A stretch of 64,000 nucleotides of DNA from Ignavibacteriota bacterium (GTDB lineage Bacteria > Bacteroidota > Ignavibacteria > UBA10030). The stretch lies in assembly GCA_963701295.1 (NCBI GenBank), contig OY969585.1, positions 3,200,001 through 3,264,000 on the forward strand, read 5' to 3'. Shown in pieces: positions 10,920-22,264 of this stretch. How positions within the stretch are numbered: position 1 is the first letter of the stretch; every line of letters begins with the position of its first letter. The notes under the pieces are model-generated. The model was not told where the DNA came from. It made no database searches and saw nothing but the letters and a program-made list of their open reading frames with translations. A program made the translations under genes and the position numbers.

Positions 10920-11765
10920 CTATTTCTCGCTATTCACTTGCATGAATGCAGCAGCAAGATACCCAACAACTCCGCTTTTATCTCCGGTGATATCACCGGA
11001 GTTACAGTAATGCAATACCTCCACCCGATTGGCACCTAATTGTTGTGCCGTTTTCATGGCTACTGCAATAGGACCGCCACCGCATGCTTCAAAGGACTTC
11101 TTTTCCAATTCATCGATGAACACATCTGAGTTGAAACGTTCCACTTCTTGGATAACACGCTTATCAAGAAGCACAGCTTCATCATAAGCATGGAAATGCG
11201 AGAGATCACTGCTTGCGACTACAAGGACATTTTTGTTTGTCATAACACGCGCAAGTGCAGCACTCAGTTGTTCGCATAATTGCCGTCGCTGATCTCCCAT
11301 AATTATCGGTACAATTGAAAACTCCTCAAGTACACATTGGAGAAATGGTAATTGCACTTCAAGCGAATGCTCCGCGCGATGCCCTGCAACCGAGGCAACG
11401 ATGTTCTTTTCCCCCTGCAATAATTCTGATCGCACCTCATGATTGATAGGCACTTTTCCGAGAGGTGTTTTATACGCATCACCTGAGTAAATAGAAATGC
11501 CGTCAAAGTATTCTCGATGACTCGGACCAACAGCGATGACACAATCGTACTTTTTGCCTTTGAGAAGTTTAAAAGCGTGTGCAGCCGTAAATCCGGAGTA
11601 CACGTATCCCGCATGAGGTGAAACTAACGCACGTACCGTCCCTTCAACTTTCGGCAATTGTACGCGATTTAGCATTTCATCGATGTTCTTGCGGAGTGCA
11701 GCCGGTGATATCTCATAAAACATCCCAGCAACAGCCGGAGCACGTACAATTTCTTTCTCACTCAT
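10920..11765 (-). CDS. amrB: AmmeMemoRadiSam system protein B (Memo-like)
   Basis: RAPAVAGMFY, PHAGYVYSG, EHSLEVQLPFLQ, SSDLSHF, ACGGGP, VVGY. Confidence 0.92.
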   Translation of the reverse strand: MSEKEIVRAPAVAGMFYEISPAALRKNIDEMLNRVQLPKVEGTVRALVSPHAGYVYSGFTAAHAFKLLKGKKYDCVIAVGPSHREYFDGISIYSGDAYKTPLGKVPINHEVRSELLQGEKNIVASVAGHRAEHSLEVQLPFLQCVLEEFSIVPIIMGDQRRQLCEQLSAALARVMTNKNVLVVASSDLSHFHAYDEAVLLDKRVIQEVERFNSDVFIDELEKKSFEACGGGPIAVAMKTAQQLGANRVEVLHYCNSGDITGDKSGVVGYLAAAFMQVNSEK

Positions 11766-11770
11766 AAGCC

Positions 11771-12337
11771 TTATATCTCTTCTTTTTTAAATTCAGACTC
11801 TTCAAATTTTTCCACAGTGAACGTGAAAAGTTTTACCTCATTCCCTTTCCAGGCATCGGACGGTAATCCTGCTTTCAATGCTGTGTGTTTGAGAAATTGT
11901 TCTCGATCCCATCCGTACTCCGTTGCCACCTGCGGCAGCAACAATCCACGTCTAAACCCGGCATCGATCACAAGACCATGCTTCCCGATTTCAATCTTCG
12001 TCTTATCGTGCAACTCAGAGAGCGGCGAGAGAACGGAAATTTCAATCGTGATGCTCGCCAATTCGGCCAAAGTTATCGGCATGAATCGCGGGTCTTCCAT
12101 AGCAGCCTTTACTGCCGCCTCTTGCGTTGCTTGAGCAAGTGGAAAAAAAGGCTCAACATATCCAATACAGCCGCGAAGGTTTTCGCCAATGCGAAGAGTG
12201 ACGAAAACACCAGAAGGTCGGCTCAATGATTCGCTCTTAAATTCTTTCTGCAGAAGCGGTTTTCCACCAAGTGCTGATTGAATAGAAGATCGCGCAATCT
12301 TCAGGAGTGCTCGCTTTTCTTCATTTGTTAGATTCAT
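11771..12337 (-). CDS. amrA: AmmeMemoRadiSam system protein A (AMMECR1)
   Basis: GVFVTL, LRGCIG, DPRF, EISVLS, GLLLPQVA, KAGL. Confidence 0.92.
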   Translation of the reverse strand: MNLTNEEKRALLKIARSSIQSALGGKPLLQKEFKSESLSRPSGVFVTLRIGENLRGCIGYVEPFFPLAQATQEAAVKAAMEDPRFMPITLAELASITIEISVLSPLSELHDKTKIEIGKHGLVIDAGFRRGLLLPQVATEYGWDREQFLKHTALKAGLPSDAWKGNEVKLFTFTVEKFEESEFKKEEI

Positions 12338-12725
12338 TGAAACCCCCTTCCTCTTCACTTCCATATTGAAAGGTAGGAAGGCGTAGTCAAACAATCAATA
12401 GAATGAGTTTTCTTAAGTGGTCAATGTATTCTTCGATGATGCCATTCATTTCGATGTTTGCACCCTTTTTAGGGGAGAACTACATGCTCGCTGTTTTTGG
12501 CGAGGTGAAGTCTATTGTTCTTTGATTTCATCACGACTGTCAAAAACATCCTTTTGTACGCCGGGTAGGTTAATTCTCTCATGCGAGGTACGAGAATGAT
12601 TTAATTTTTTACTAAAACGACTTTGATTGCTTACAGATTTTCAAATCATCTGATTTCTCTTCTATCTTGATTCTCCATACCTTTCTGTGTAGATTATCGC
12701 AGAAAAAAAATAGAGGTTGTTATCT

Positions 12726-14108
12726 ATGGTATTGATGGTTAGTATTTCCGGAATTCGCGGAGTTGTTGGTGAAACTCTTACACCTGAAACAATTGTTAAG
12801 TATGCTTCGGCATATGCTCTCTACTGCAATCGCGGGCACATTATAGTCGGGAGAGATGGACGCATCACTGGCAAGAACGTTTTAGATATCGTTGCTTCTA
12901 CTTTGCTGCAAATGGGGTGTGATGTAACAGATTTGGGCATCTGTCCAACACCAACGGTTGCACTTGCTATTGAAAAACTGAAAGCCGCAGGCGGTATTTC
13001 GATTACCGCCAGTCACAATCCGATGATATGGAATGGACTCAAATTCTTCGCTTCCACCGGTTTATTTTTGGATGTGGATGAAAATCGTGAGTTTTGGCGT
13101 CTTACAGAACAGCCGGCAAAATATGTTTCCTGGGACAAACAGGGCAAGTACACACTTCAAGAAACATTCCTTGATGAACATATTCGGGAAGTACTTTCAC
13201 TTTCTTACATCGATATTGGAAAAATCCGTGCACGTAAATTTAAGGTTGTTCTGGATTGCGTCAATTCAGCTGGGGGAATTATTGTCCCGCGTTTGCTGAA
13301 TAAACTTGGCTGCGAAATCATTCCGATCCATTGTGATATGACCGGTATTTTTGGACACACACCGGAACCGATTCCTGAAAATCTCACCTCGCTCTGTACC
13401 AAAGTGCGCGAGCAACACGCCGATATTGGCATCGCTGTTGATCCAGACGTCGATCGTCTCGTCCTTATCAATGAAAAAGGTGAACCGTTCGGAGAAGAAT
13501 ATACCATTGCATCCTGCACAAAATTTATTTTGGGAAAAGTATTCACTCAAAATCTCAAATCTCAAATCGGCAATGATCAATCTTTGAAAGTTGTCATCAA
13601 TCTTTCCACAACCCGCGCAGTGGAAGACATCGTCAAGCAATATAGAGCGTCGACTCTTCATACTCCCGTTGGTGAAATTAACGTAGCCAAGAAGATGAAG
13701 GAAGTCGGCGCAGTAATTGGCGGTGAAGGAAGCGGCGGCGTTATTCTTCCGGAAGTCCATCTCGGCCGTGATGCTATTGTTGGAATTGTGCTTGTTCTCC
13801 AGCATCTTGCTGAATTCGGTGGAACATTATCAGAATTGAAAGCTACCCTGCCGCAGTATTATATCACGAAAGGAAAAATCGATCTCGGCACTTTGAATCC
13901 AGATGCAATTCTCAAAAAACTGATGGCTGATCATTCTGTGAGCGGTGCTATTAACACAGATGATGGATTAAAGATTGATTTCTCAGAATCATGGGTACAC
14001 CTGAGGAAATCGAACACCGAGCCGATCATCCGCATCATCGCGGAGGCGCACACTAAAGCTGAAGCTGATGAACTCGTAAAGAAATTCACAGCGAAGATTC
14101 TTGCGTGA
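12726..14108 (+). CDS. glmM: Phosphoglucosamine mutase / phosphohexomutase
   Basis: SISGIRG, ITASHNP, DPDVDR, GGEGSGG, RKSNTEP. Confidence 0.85.
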   Translation: MVLMVSISGIRGVVGETLTPETIVKYASAYALYCNRGHIIVGRDGRITGKNVLDIVASTLLQMGCDVTDLGICPTPTVALAIEKLKAAGGISITASHNPMIWNGLKFFASTGLFLDVDENREFWRLTEQPAKYVSWDKQGKYTLQETFLDEHIREVLSLSYIDIGKIRARKFKVVLDCVNSAGGIIVPRLLNKLGCEIIPIHCDMTGIFGHTPEPIPENLTSLCTKVREQHADIGIAVDPDVDRLVLINEKGEPFGEEYTIASCTKFILGKVFTQNLKSQIGNDQSLKVVINLSTTRAVEDIVKQYRASTLHTPVGEINVAKKMKEVGAVIGGEGSGGVILPEVHLGRDAIVGIVLVLQHLAEFGGTLSELKATLPQYYITKGKIDLGTLNPDAILKKLMADHSVSGAINTDDGLKIDFSESWVHLRKSNTEPIIRIIAEAHTKAEADELVKKFTAKILA

Positions 14109-14405
14109 TGAAGAGAGTATTGGTTTGTGCCGTTTGTGGCATCTTTTACGACCGGAACAATTCGCTCCTTGCTTCTTTGCTTATTTCAGAATATTATCTG
14201 GAAAGAATTCGTTTGAACATTTATCCCGGTGTTATTTTTGCATCGTCCTTTTCGCCTGGACTTTTCTTTACTCTCGGTGAAGGCGGCACGTACGCAGCAT
14301 GTATGACGATGAAAATTTCTCCGGTGGGAATTGGATTGTATTCGCCGCATTAACCTAGAACCGGTTAATGATATTTACTCAATACTCGTAACAATATATT
14401 TTTTT

Positions 14406-15500
14406 ATGATGAACGTTCGCGCGCTTCTCAGACTTTCTTCCGTGCCACGCATTGGCCCGCAAAAAATTCGCGCACTTGTTGCGTATTTCAAATCCCCTGA
14501 AAATGTTTTTCAAGCGCCGGCACGCGAATTGATCGCTGTTCCGGGAATCGATAAGAAACTCGCCTCGAACATCCTTCACCACACCGATGGCGAGAAGTTT
14601 GCTGACGACCAACTGAAGCGGCTGAATAAACTTGGGGGCAGAATTGTAACCGTATGGGACAAAGAGTACCCCGATCTGCTTCGCAAAATTTATGATCCGC
14701 CTGCTTTCCTTTTTGTGCACGGGAAATTTAAAGAACTCGACTCGCGCGCTATTGCTCTCGTAGGCACACGCCATCCTACTTCATACGGTCATTCTGTTGC
14801 AGAGAATATGACACGCGATCTCGCCAAGCAATCCATCACTATTGTCAGCGGGCTTGCGCGCGGAATTGATACGATTGTTCATTCGACAGCATTAAAATGC
14901 GGCACGCGGACTATCGCCGTTATCGGTTCCGGTTTAGATGTTCCGTATCCCCCTGAAAACAAAAAGCTTTTGGACCATATTGCCGAAGAAGGAGCAGTCG
15001 TCTCAGAGTTTCCAATGGGAACAAAACCTGATGCATCAAACTTTCCGAGACGCAATCGTATTATCAGCGGATTGACACTCGGTACTGTTGTCATAGAATC
15101 AGCAGAAGACGGCGGTGCACTCATTACTGCAACCACTGCACTTGATCAAGATCGCGAAGTGTTCGCAGTTCCCGGCAATATTACAGAGAAGCGAAGTGGT
15201 GGATCGAACAAACTCATCCGCGATGGTCGCGCAAAACTTATTACTTGTGTGGAAGATATTTTTGCAGAGCTTCGACTTCAACTTCGCTTCTCTCTTGATG
15301 TACCAATGCAGAAACCCGCCATTGAGTTGACCCTGACTGAACACACTATTCTGGATTTTTTAAGCTCAGAACCAATTCATATCGATACTCTTGCCGAACA
15401 AGCGGATTCTTCGACTTCTGACGTTCTAGTTACTCTTCTTTCGTTAGAATTTAAAGGTATGGTACGTCAATTACCGGGAAAATTGTTTATCCGGTCATAA
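14406..15500 (+). CDS. dprA: DNA-processing protein DprA
   Basis: IYDPPAFL, VGTR, VSGLARGID, FPRRNRIISG, GALIT, VFAVPG, C-terminal wHTH. Confidence 0.95.
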   Translation: MMNVRALLRLSSVPRIGPQKIRALVAYFKSPENVFQAPARELIAVPGIDKKLASNILHHTDGEKFADDQLKRLNKLGGRIVTVWDKEYPDLLRKIYDPPAFLFVHGKFKELDSRAIALVGTRHPTSYGHSVAENMTRDLAKQSITIVSGLARGIDTIVHSTALKCGTRTIAVIGSGLDVPYPPENKKLLDHIAEEGAVVSEFPMGTKPDASNFPRRNRIISGLTLGTVVIESAEDGGALITATTALDQDREVFAVPGNITEKRSGGSNKLIRDGRAKLITCVEDIFAELRLQLRFSLDVPMQKPAIELTLTEHTILDFLSSEPIHIDTLAEQADSSTSDVLVTLLSLEFKGMVRQLPGKLFIRS

Positions 15501-15564
15501 TTCTCATTGCTTTCCTATAAGTGGAATTTTCGCTATACTACATTTGGTTATATCAGGTAAAAAG

Positions 15565-16143
15565 ATGATTGAGATTCAAAAAACTATTGTGGAAAACAAT
15601 ATTCCGGAAATCAGATTTGCATGCAACACCTCCGCGTGCAAAGGTGCCTGTTGTACAATAGCCGGAGGCCAAGGCGCTCCATTACTCGATGAAGAACTCG
15701 AACAAATTGAACATTCTTTCCCTATTATCAAATCGTATCTTCCACAAGCGCATCTCGATACCATAGTGCAATTCGGACTTTTTGAAGGCGAGCCAAAAGC
15801 GTACACCACTATGTGTTTTAACAATCGGGCATGTGTTTTTGTACTGTACGAAGAAGGAATTGCACGATGTGCCTTTGAGAAAGCATATTTAGAAGGCAAA
15901 TTAAAATGGAGGAAACCTCTTTCCTGCCATCTCTTCCCCATTCGGATAGATCATGGGATATCACATCGATTACGATATGAGCGAATCTCGGAATGCAACC
16001 CTGCATTAAGCTACGGCGAGCTGAAGAATATATATTTAAGCAATTTTCTGAAGGAACCGCTCGTGCGTGCGTTTGGTTCTACTTGGTACGAAGAATTCCA
16101 ATTCAAGTGTGGATGGGAACAAAAAGAGACAGAGGCATTCTAG
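15565..16143 (+). CDS. DUF3109 family Cys-rich protein
   Basis: FACNTSACKGACC, GAPL, KPLSCHLFPIR, LKEPLVRAFG..WY. Confidence 0.85.
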   Translation: MIEIQKTIVENNIPEIRFACNTSACKGACCTIAGGQGAPLLDEELEQIEHSFPIIKSYLPQAHLDTIVQFGLFEGEPKAYTTMCFNNRACVFVLYEEGIARCAFEKAYLEGKLKWRKPLSCHLFPIRIDHGISHRLRYERISECNPALSYGELKNIYLSNFLKEPLVRAFGSTWYEEFQFKCGWEQKETEAF

Positions 16144-16164
16144 GAATTCATCAAGAACGAAAAG

Positions 16165-17598
16165 ATGATCAATCTTTCACAACAACTTCGGCTTGGACTC
16201 AGACTTACTCCACAACAGGTACAGTATCTTAAACTGCTCCAGCTGCCAACCCTTTCACTCGAACAGAGGATAAAACTGGAGCTTGAGTTGAATCCTATGC
16301 TCGAGCTGAACGAGGAGCAGGAATTAACACTTGAGCAGGAAGATCAAGCAGAGGAACCAGAAGAAAAAGTTGAAGAAAGCCAAACCGAAGACGATTACAC
16401 GATAGAAGATTACATCAACGACGATCTTTCGGGATTTAAAAGCCCTGAGGCATCCAAATCAAAAGATGAAGATGATACATACGAGTCGCCGATGCCTTCC
16501 ACTATTCCGCTCTCTGAACGGCTCCTTAGCCAACTGAAAATGTCCGTAACGGATGATGAAGAGATACTTCTTGCAGAAGAAATTCTCGGCAATGTAGATG
16601 AAGACGGTTACCTGCGTCGCGAGTTGACTCTTATTGTTCAAGACCTCAACTTCAGCTATGGGCTTACTCTTACCGTTGACAAAGCTGAACAGGTTCTTCA
16701 GAAAATCCTTCTTCTCGACCCACCCGGCATCGCTGCAAGAAATCTCCAGGAGTGTCTTATCGCTCAACTTCATGCAGGCAAATATGCACATTCCCTGAAA
16801 GAACTCGGCATTAGAATCCTGACAACCTTCTTCGAAGATTTCAAGCTAAAACGGTTTGATAATCTCGAACAGAACCTTACGATCAGCCGCGAAACATTGA
16901 AAAAAGTCATCGAAGTCATCCAACACCTCAACCCGAAGCCGGGTGAAGGCGAATTTACGGCACAAGAGAATTATATTACACCGGATTTCATTGTAGAGAA
17001 GGATAACGGCGATTTCATTATCACCCTCAATGATCGCAACATTCCGGCGTTGCGAATCAACAGCGCCTACAAACAATTGGTAACGCCGAAAGGGAAAAAA
17101 GTTTCTGCAGAAACTAAGGATTTCGTAAAGAAAAAATTTGAAGCAGCAAAATGGTTCATCGCTTCCATTCACCAGCGGCGCGAGACATTGATGAAGGTCA
17201 TGAAAATCATCGTCGAGAAGCAGCGGCACTGGTTTGAAGAAGGTGAGTCATTGAAACCCATGATTTACAAGGATATTTCAGAAATAGTAGGCGTGGATAT
17301 TTCTACAATCAGCCGTGTTGTTAACAGCAAATATGTGCAGACAGAATTCGGCGTTCATTCCCTGCGATTTTTCTTTACTTCCGGGCTTGAATCCGACAAT
17401 GGTGAAGATATTTCCAACCAAGTTGTTAAACAGCGCGTCAAAGATATCATTGCCGCGGAACACCCGCAGGATCCGTTGAATGACGATAAGATCGCTGAAA
17501 TACTGAAACAAGAAGGAATTCGTATTGCCCGGCGTACTGTGGCAAAATATCGCGAACAAATTGGTCTTCCTATTGCCAGGATGCGCAGGAAGGTTTGA
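16165..17598 (+). CDS. rpoN: RNA polymerase sigma-54
   Basis: Gln/Leu-rich region [19 protein letters not shown] RpoN box. Confidence 0.97.
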   Translation: MINLSQQLRLGLRLTPQQVQYLKLLQLPTLSLEQRIKLELELNPMLELNEEQELTLEQEDQAEEPEEKVEESQTEDDYTIEDYINDDLSGFKSPEASKSKDEDDTYESPMPSTIPLSERLLSQLKMSVTDDEEILLAEEILGNVDEDGYLRRELTLIVQDLNFSYGLTLTVDKAEQVLQKILLLDPPGIAARNLQECLIAQLHAGKYAHSLKELGIRILTTFFEDFKLKRFDNLEQNLTISRETLKKVIEVIQHLNPKPGEGEFTAQENYITPDFIVEKDNGDFIITLNDRNIPALRINSAYKQLVTPKGKKVSAETKDFVKKKFEAAKWFIASIHQRRETLMKVMKIIVEKQRHWFEEGESLKPMIYKDISEIVGVDISTISRVVNSKYVQTEFGVHSLRFFFTSGLESDNGEDISNQVVKQRVKDIIAAEHPQDPLNDDKIAEILKQEGIRIARRTVAKYREQIGLPIARMRRKV

Positions 17599-17621
17599 TT
17601 CAACGATGGAGACAACTATTC

Positions 17622-18161
17622 ATGCAGGATAAACAGATACACGCAACGACAATTATTGGACTAAGGCATAATGGCCATGTTGCTATCGGCGGTGATGGGC
17701 AAGTGACGCTTGGCACTACGGTTATGAAGCAAAAATCAAACAAGATTCGAAGACTCTACAATGATTCCGTTCTTGTGGGATTTGCCGGCTCAGCAGCGGA
17801 TGCTTTTAGTCTGCTGGAACGGTTTGAGGAAAAACTGGAACAATACCAAGGACAGCTTGCACGTGCAGCTGTCGAACTCGCCAAACTATGGCGGACAGAT
17901 AAATATCTTCGTCAACTTGAAGCATTGCTTGCTGTGCTCGATAAGGAACATGCACTCATTATCTCCGGCACCGGTGATGTTATTGAACCTGACGACGGTA
18001 TCGTCGCGGTGGGTTCGGGTGGAAGCTATGCACTGGCAGCAGCGCGAATGCTCACCAAACATTCGAATATGGGCGTAAAAGAAATTGTACAGGAATCTCT
18101 CAACGCCGCTTCGGATATCTGTATTTATACAAATAAAAATTTCACTATCGAAGAATTGTAG
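17622..18161 (+). CDS. hslV: ATP-dependent protease subunit HslV
   Basis: [32 protein letters not shown]. Confidence 0.97.
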   Translation: MQDKQIHATTIIGLRHNGHVAIGGDGQVTLGTTVMKQKSNKIRRLYNDSVLVGFAGSAADAFSLLERFEEKLEQYQGQLARAAVELAKLWRTDKYLRQLEALLAVLDKEHALIISGTGDVIEPDDGIVAVGSGGSYALAAARMLTKHSNMGVKEIVQESLNAASDICIYTNKNFTIEEL

Positions 18162-18166
18162 GTACC

Positions 18167-19552
18167 GTGGCAAAAAAACAAATTTCTCTCCCAGCAAAAG
18201 AACTTACTCCGCGGCAAATCGTCCATGAATTGGATAGATATATTATCGGTCAGCACGCTGCAAAAAAAGCAGTCGCCATTGCTATTCGCAATCGGTGGCG
18301 CCGGCTTCAAGTGACCGGAACACTTCGCGAAGATATTATGCCCAACAATATTATTCTTATCGGGCCTACCGGTGTCGGTAAGACAGAGATTGCACGACGA
18401 TTAGCAAAACTTTCCAATGCACCATTTTTGAAAGTTGAAGCATCGAAGTTTACTGAAGTCGGCTATGTCGGCCGCGATGTCGAATCGATGGTACGCGACT
18501 TGACAGAAATTGCCGTGAATATGGTGAAGGCAGAAAAAGCATCAGAAGTTGAAAATAAAGCACGCGAATTGGCAGAAGAACGACTTCTCGATATTCTTGT
18601 CCCTTCCAACCGGCGTCCAAAACCGCCTGAGCCACCTGTTTCACCTCTGGACACTTTGGAAGAACATGAGAACACGCGTCAGAAATTCCGGGAAAAGCTT
18701 CGCTCAGGCGCACTTGATGAACGGATTGTCGAACTCGAATTATCCTTTGCTCAAATGCCGTTGATGCAAGTCATGGGACCTTTTAGCATGGAAGAGATGG
18801 GTGTCAATCTGCAGGAAGTGTTTGGCAATATTCTTCCAAAGAAAGAGAAACGCCGTAAAGTAACGGTCACTGAAGCTCGTCGACTTCTTATACAAGAAGA
18901 ATCTCAGAAGTTGATCGATATGGAGAAAGTAGTAAAAGAGGCATTGGAACGAGTAGAGAATTCCGGTATTGTCTTCATCGATGAAATTGATAAGATTGCG
19001 AGTGCACGCGGGCATAGTTCCGGACCTGATGTCTCGCGCGAAGGTGTGCAGCGCGACTTGCTCCCGATTGTGGAAGGTTCCAACGTACTCACAAAACACG
19101 GGATGGTAAAAACCGACCATGTCCTCTTTATTGCATCGGGTGCATTTCACATAGCAAAACCATCGGATTTAATTCCGGAATTGCAGGGACGCTTTCCGAT
19201 TCGTGTTGAATTAAAAAGTTTAACAGAAGATGACTTTGAAAAGATTCTTACTTTGCCGCAGAATGCCCTCATCAAACAATATGCTGCGCTATTGAAGACG
19301 GAAGGAATCGAAATTACATTTAACGATGAAGCTGTGAGAGAAATTGCTAAGATTGCATACGAAGTGAACGACCAAGTCGAAAACATCGGCGCTCGCCGTC
19401 TTCACACTATTATCACGACACTCCTAGAGGAGATTCTCTTCAACGCTCCTGACGAGATTGCCGAATCCAACATTGTTATCACGCAGAAAATTGTTCAGAA
19501 TAAACTAAATTCGATCGTCAAGAATCGAGACCTCAGCAGGTACATCTTATAG
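18167..19552 (+). CDS. hslU: ATP-dependent protease ATPase HslU
   Basis: [40 protein letters not shown]. Confidence 0.97.
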   Translation: MAKKQISLPAKELTPRQIVHELDRYIIGQHAAKKAVAIAIRNRWRRLQVTGTLREDIMPNNIILIGPTGVGKTEIARRLAKLSNAPFLKVEASKFTEVGYVGRDVESMVRDLTEIAVNMVKAEKASEVENKARELAEERLLDILVPSNRRPKPPEPPVSPLDTLEEHENTRQKFREKLRSGALDERIVELELSFAQMPLMQVMGPFSMEEMGVNLQEVFGNILPKKEKRRKVTVTEARRLLIQEESQKLIDMEKVVKEALERVENSGIVFIDEIDKIASARGHSSGPDVSREGVQRDLLPIVEGSNVLTKHGMVKTDHVLFIASGAFHIAKPSDLIPELQGRFPIRVELKSLTEDDFEKILTLPQNALIKQYAALLKTEGIEITFNDEAVREIAKIAYEVNDQVENIGARRLHTIITTLLEEILFNAPDEIAESNIVITQKIVQNKLNSIVKNRDLSRYIL

Positions 19553-19570
19553 AACCCGGATGTTTTGCTC

Positions 19571-20977
19571 TTACACCCGGACTTTCATCCCCATAGAAAA
19601 CGAAACAGTTTGGAAGCTGTTCGGTATAAAAAACATGCCGAAGTTATCTGTAGCGAAATCTAGGCTGAAGTAGTGAAGATCAAGTCCGAATCCGAACGCC
19701 CACCGTAATTTATCTCCACCACCGAATGCTAAACCGGTTCTCAGCGGTAAAACAGGAAATACACAATATTCAGTACCGAGTGAAAATCGCGGTTTAGTTG
19801 TATTACCCAGGGACTCGTTGAACCCTTGGAGGTAATCGAAAGCGAGAATTAACTTACCTGGCAGAAATTTTAGAGCAGGGATTTCCGATGCTTCTGTCTC
19901 AAATCCAAGCCGCAACGCTGTCGGTAGATAGGTATCAAATGCCTCGCCAGGCCGCGTTTTCCCTTTGATCATGTTTTTTAAGGTATCTTCGAGATTGCTA
20001 GAAGCACCTGTGAAATTAATCCCTCCATCACCATAGCTTTCAATAATGTTTTTGTTCCAAGTGATCTTACCAATATCGGTAACACTCAAAGCAACTCGCA
20101 CTCCATTAATTAATTCCCCCGACAATCCAATATCAAAACCTGTTCCCTTGCCAACAGGATCTGGAAATAATGTAGCCTTTGCATGTGAGTCTTCATTCAT
20201 AAAATCAACACCGGCATGAGTAGTGAGAAAATCGATATTGCCCCTTAAGGTATATTGCGTCGGATTATCAGGATCGGGATAATTTCCAAAAGAAGATTTC
20301 TGACTTATAGGTCGGGATATTCCGTACCCCCGAATAAATTTTATTCCGATTCCAGCATAGAGGTCTTTGAGGAACTTTATTTCGACTGGCAGCTTTCGCC
20401 CGTAGGATAAATTGTATTCGCAATACCACCATGCGGAAGCTTCAGTGCCATCGAATATGTACACCGAACCGGCAGGATCCAATCCAAAAGCAGCCATTCG
20501 GAAAAAATCTTTTGAGAGTGTTGTTACAGCTCCGGCATGTTCTATAATAGCAAATCCAATGCCGCCAACTATGGGATGCTGGAAGGACGCTCCTCCAAGC
20601 ATCGCTTCTACTCCAATACGAGTTTTTGGCAAATCAGGCATCTGAGAAAGAATTTTGTCTATATCTGCGGTCTCAAGACGCTTCGCCCATCGTTTACCGA
20701 CTGAATCAACTCCAGTAAAATATTCTTTGTACAGTCCATAGGTAAGCAATTCTGTGCTCATGCATATGCCGGTCGGCGCAAGATTCAAGTTAAAATTTCC
20801 TTGGTCTGGAATGGCAATATTAGCCGGATTAATACCAAGAGCATCAACACCTCGCGAGACAGCATTCATCGTTCTTCCCATTCCAACACCGCGAATGTCT
20901 GATAGATCACCTGCTAGAGTTGTATGAAGAACGACTGAAAAAAGAAAGAAAGTAAGAGCACTAAGATTCGATTTCAT
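19571..20977 (-). CDS. DUF5723-like outer-membrane beta-barrel protein
   Basis: Signal peptide, RGVGMG...INPAN, DIGKITW, LPTALRLG, PLRTG. Confidence 0.65.
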   Translation of the reverse strand: MKSNLSALTFFLFSVVLHTTLAGDLSDIRGVGMGRTMNAVSRGVDALGINPANIAIPDQGNFNLNLAPTGICMSTELLTYGLYKEYFTGVDSVGKRWAKRLETADIDKILSQMPDLPKTRIGVEAMLGGASFQHPIVGGIGFAIIEHAGAVTTLSKDFFRMAAFGLDPAGSVYIFDGTEASAWWYCEYNLSYGRKLPVEIKFLKDLYAGIGIKFIRGYGISRPISQKSSFGNYPDPDNPTQYTLRGNIDFLTTHAGVDFMNEDSHAKATLFPDPVGKGTGFDIGLSGELINGVRVALSVTDIGKITWNKNIIESYGDGGINFTGASSNLEDTLKNMIKGKTRPGEAFDTYLPTALRLGFETEASEIPALKFLPGKLILAFDYLQGFNESLGNTTKPRFSLGTEYCVFPVLPLRTGLAFGGGDKLRWAFGFGLDLHYFSLDFATDNFGMFFIPNSFQTVSFSMGMKVRV

Positions 20978-20991
20978 TTCATGTTCTCCCT

Positions 20992-21708
20992 TTACGGTTT
21001 GTTTATTGTACAACGAGCGTTGACGGAAGAACGGATTCGGACACAATCATTTCTTCTAAATTTCACTGAATTCTGCACACTTCCTATATTAAAATAAAGT
21101 TTCATATATGCTGAATCTGCTTGAACCATGGTGTCGACTTGTGCACCCGTGAGAACGATTGCAATGTTCGAAATCTTCGGATTGATTGCGACACCATTGA
21201 TATCCACATCCGATGCTTTGATAGAATCCGAGGACGGGGAGATTCTAAACAGTGTATCGCTGTGCGCCCCCGCCGAATCCCATTTGAGAAAACTCATCTG
21301 GAACCTCAAGACAAGAGGAATCCCGTTGGTGAATTCAAAATTCATTGTTCCATCTATTACAGAATTATTTTTAAGCGTCATGGATAATCCTTTAACAGCA
21401 AACTCTTCCAATGTTATACGTTCGCTTAATTCTGGTTGGTTCGTAAGGGTGTCAATTGGAATCGGTCCTGCAGCGAATATCGTACTATAGGTACTATCTG
21501 AGGTGTTGAACTTGAACACGGTGTCTTTTTTAGCAATGTCGCTAAAGTACTGTGTTGTGTCTAAAATTGGGATGCTTAATTGTGTATCAAATGTCGGTCC
21601 AACAAATTCGGTAGGAGATTCAATACAATTGAACGATAGGACCGACATAACCAGGAGTATCATGCAAACAGCAGCGTTTGTTCCTGCATGCAAGAGTGTT
21701 TGTTTCAT
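20992..21708 (-). CDS. Hypothetical lipoprotein (possible partner of the downstream barrel)
   Basis: Hydrophobic leader ending SFNC, P.FDTQLSIP motif, beta-rich body. Confidence 0.6.
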   Translation of the reverse strand: MKQTLLHAGTNAAVCMILLVMSVLSFNCIESPTEFVGPTFDTQLSIPILDTTQYFSDIAKKDTVFKFNTSDSTYSTIFAAGPIPIDTLTNQPELSERITLEEFAVKGLSMTLKNNSVIDGTMNFEFTNGIPLVLRFQMSFLKWDSAGAHSDTLFRISPSSDSIKASDVDINGVAINPKISNIAIVLTGAQVDTMVQADSAYMKLYFNIGSVQNSVKFRRNDCVRIRSSVNARCTINKP

Positions 21709-21754
21709 AGTTATCCTTAACTTTTCATGTTGTTTCTTAAAAGAAACCTATAAG

Positions 21755-21783
21755 AATATACCGACCCCACGAGGCATTGTCAA
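21755..21783 (-). promoter_or_regulatory. Sigma70-type promoter
   Basis: TTGACA-N17-TATATT upstream of the lipoprotein/barrel pair. Confidence 0.7.
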
Positions 21784-21835
21784 GGAATTGAAACTCTTAT
21801 TGAACTGCAAGTATAGAAAATGTGCGTGTGCTCAC

Positions 21836-21879
21836 AGAAAAAACGAAAGCTGGCGCACAAAACCCGTGTACCAGCTTTT
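21836..21879 (-). terminator. Intrinsic terminator after the DUF3467 gene
   Basis: AAAGCTGG...CCAGCTTT stem followed by CGTTTTTT on the minus strand. Confidence 0.6.
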
Positions 21880-21899
21880 GAGGATCTTTCAGAATGAGG

Positions 21900-22226
21900 C
21901 TAGTGAAACTTTTCTTCTTTCGTAGGTGGCTGAAAACCAAACATTGATCCAGCTGAAACATCTCCGACAAGCTTAATCTCGCCAAATTTTTTCTCAAACT
22001 TATCAATGTTATCATGGAGAGCATTGAGCAGCATCTTTGTATGCTGTGGAGTCATCACAATTCGAGCATGAACCTTTGCTTTTGGAACTCCTGGGAGCAC
22101 TCGCGTAAAATCCACGACAAATTCTGCAGGCGAGTGTGTAATGATGGCAAGATTGGAGTAAATGCCTTCTGCTTCTTTTTCTCCAAGCTCGATATTTATT
22201 TGCTGCTGACCCGGTTGATCACTCAT
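21900..22226 (-). CDS. DUF3467 domain protein
   Basis: INIEL...AEGIYSNLAIITHSPAEFVVDF...ARIVMTPQH. Confidence 0.9.
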   Translation of the reverse strand: MSDQPGQQQINIELGEKEAEGIYSNLAIITHSPAEFVVDFTRVLPGVPKAKVHARIVMTPQHTKMLLNALHDNIDKFEKKFGEIKLVGDVSAGSMFGFQPPTKEEKFH

Positions 22227-22264
22227 ACGAATGTCCGTTTCTTCTTAATGCTTGATTGAATTGT

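Noticed and set aside
14109-14400. Possible gene remnant between glmM and dprA (minus-strand ...IVIHAAYVPPSPRVKK...)
   Set aside because: No start codon in frame and no family recognised; needs a tblastx search
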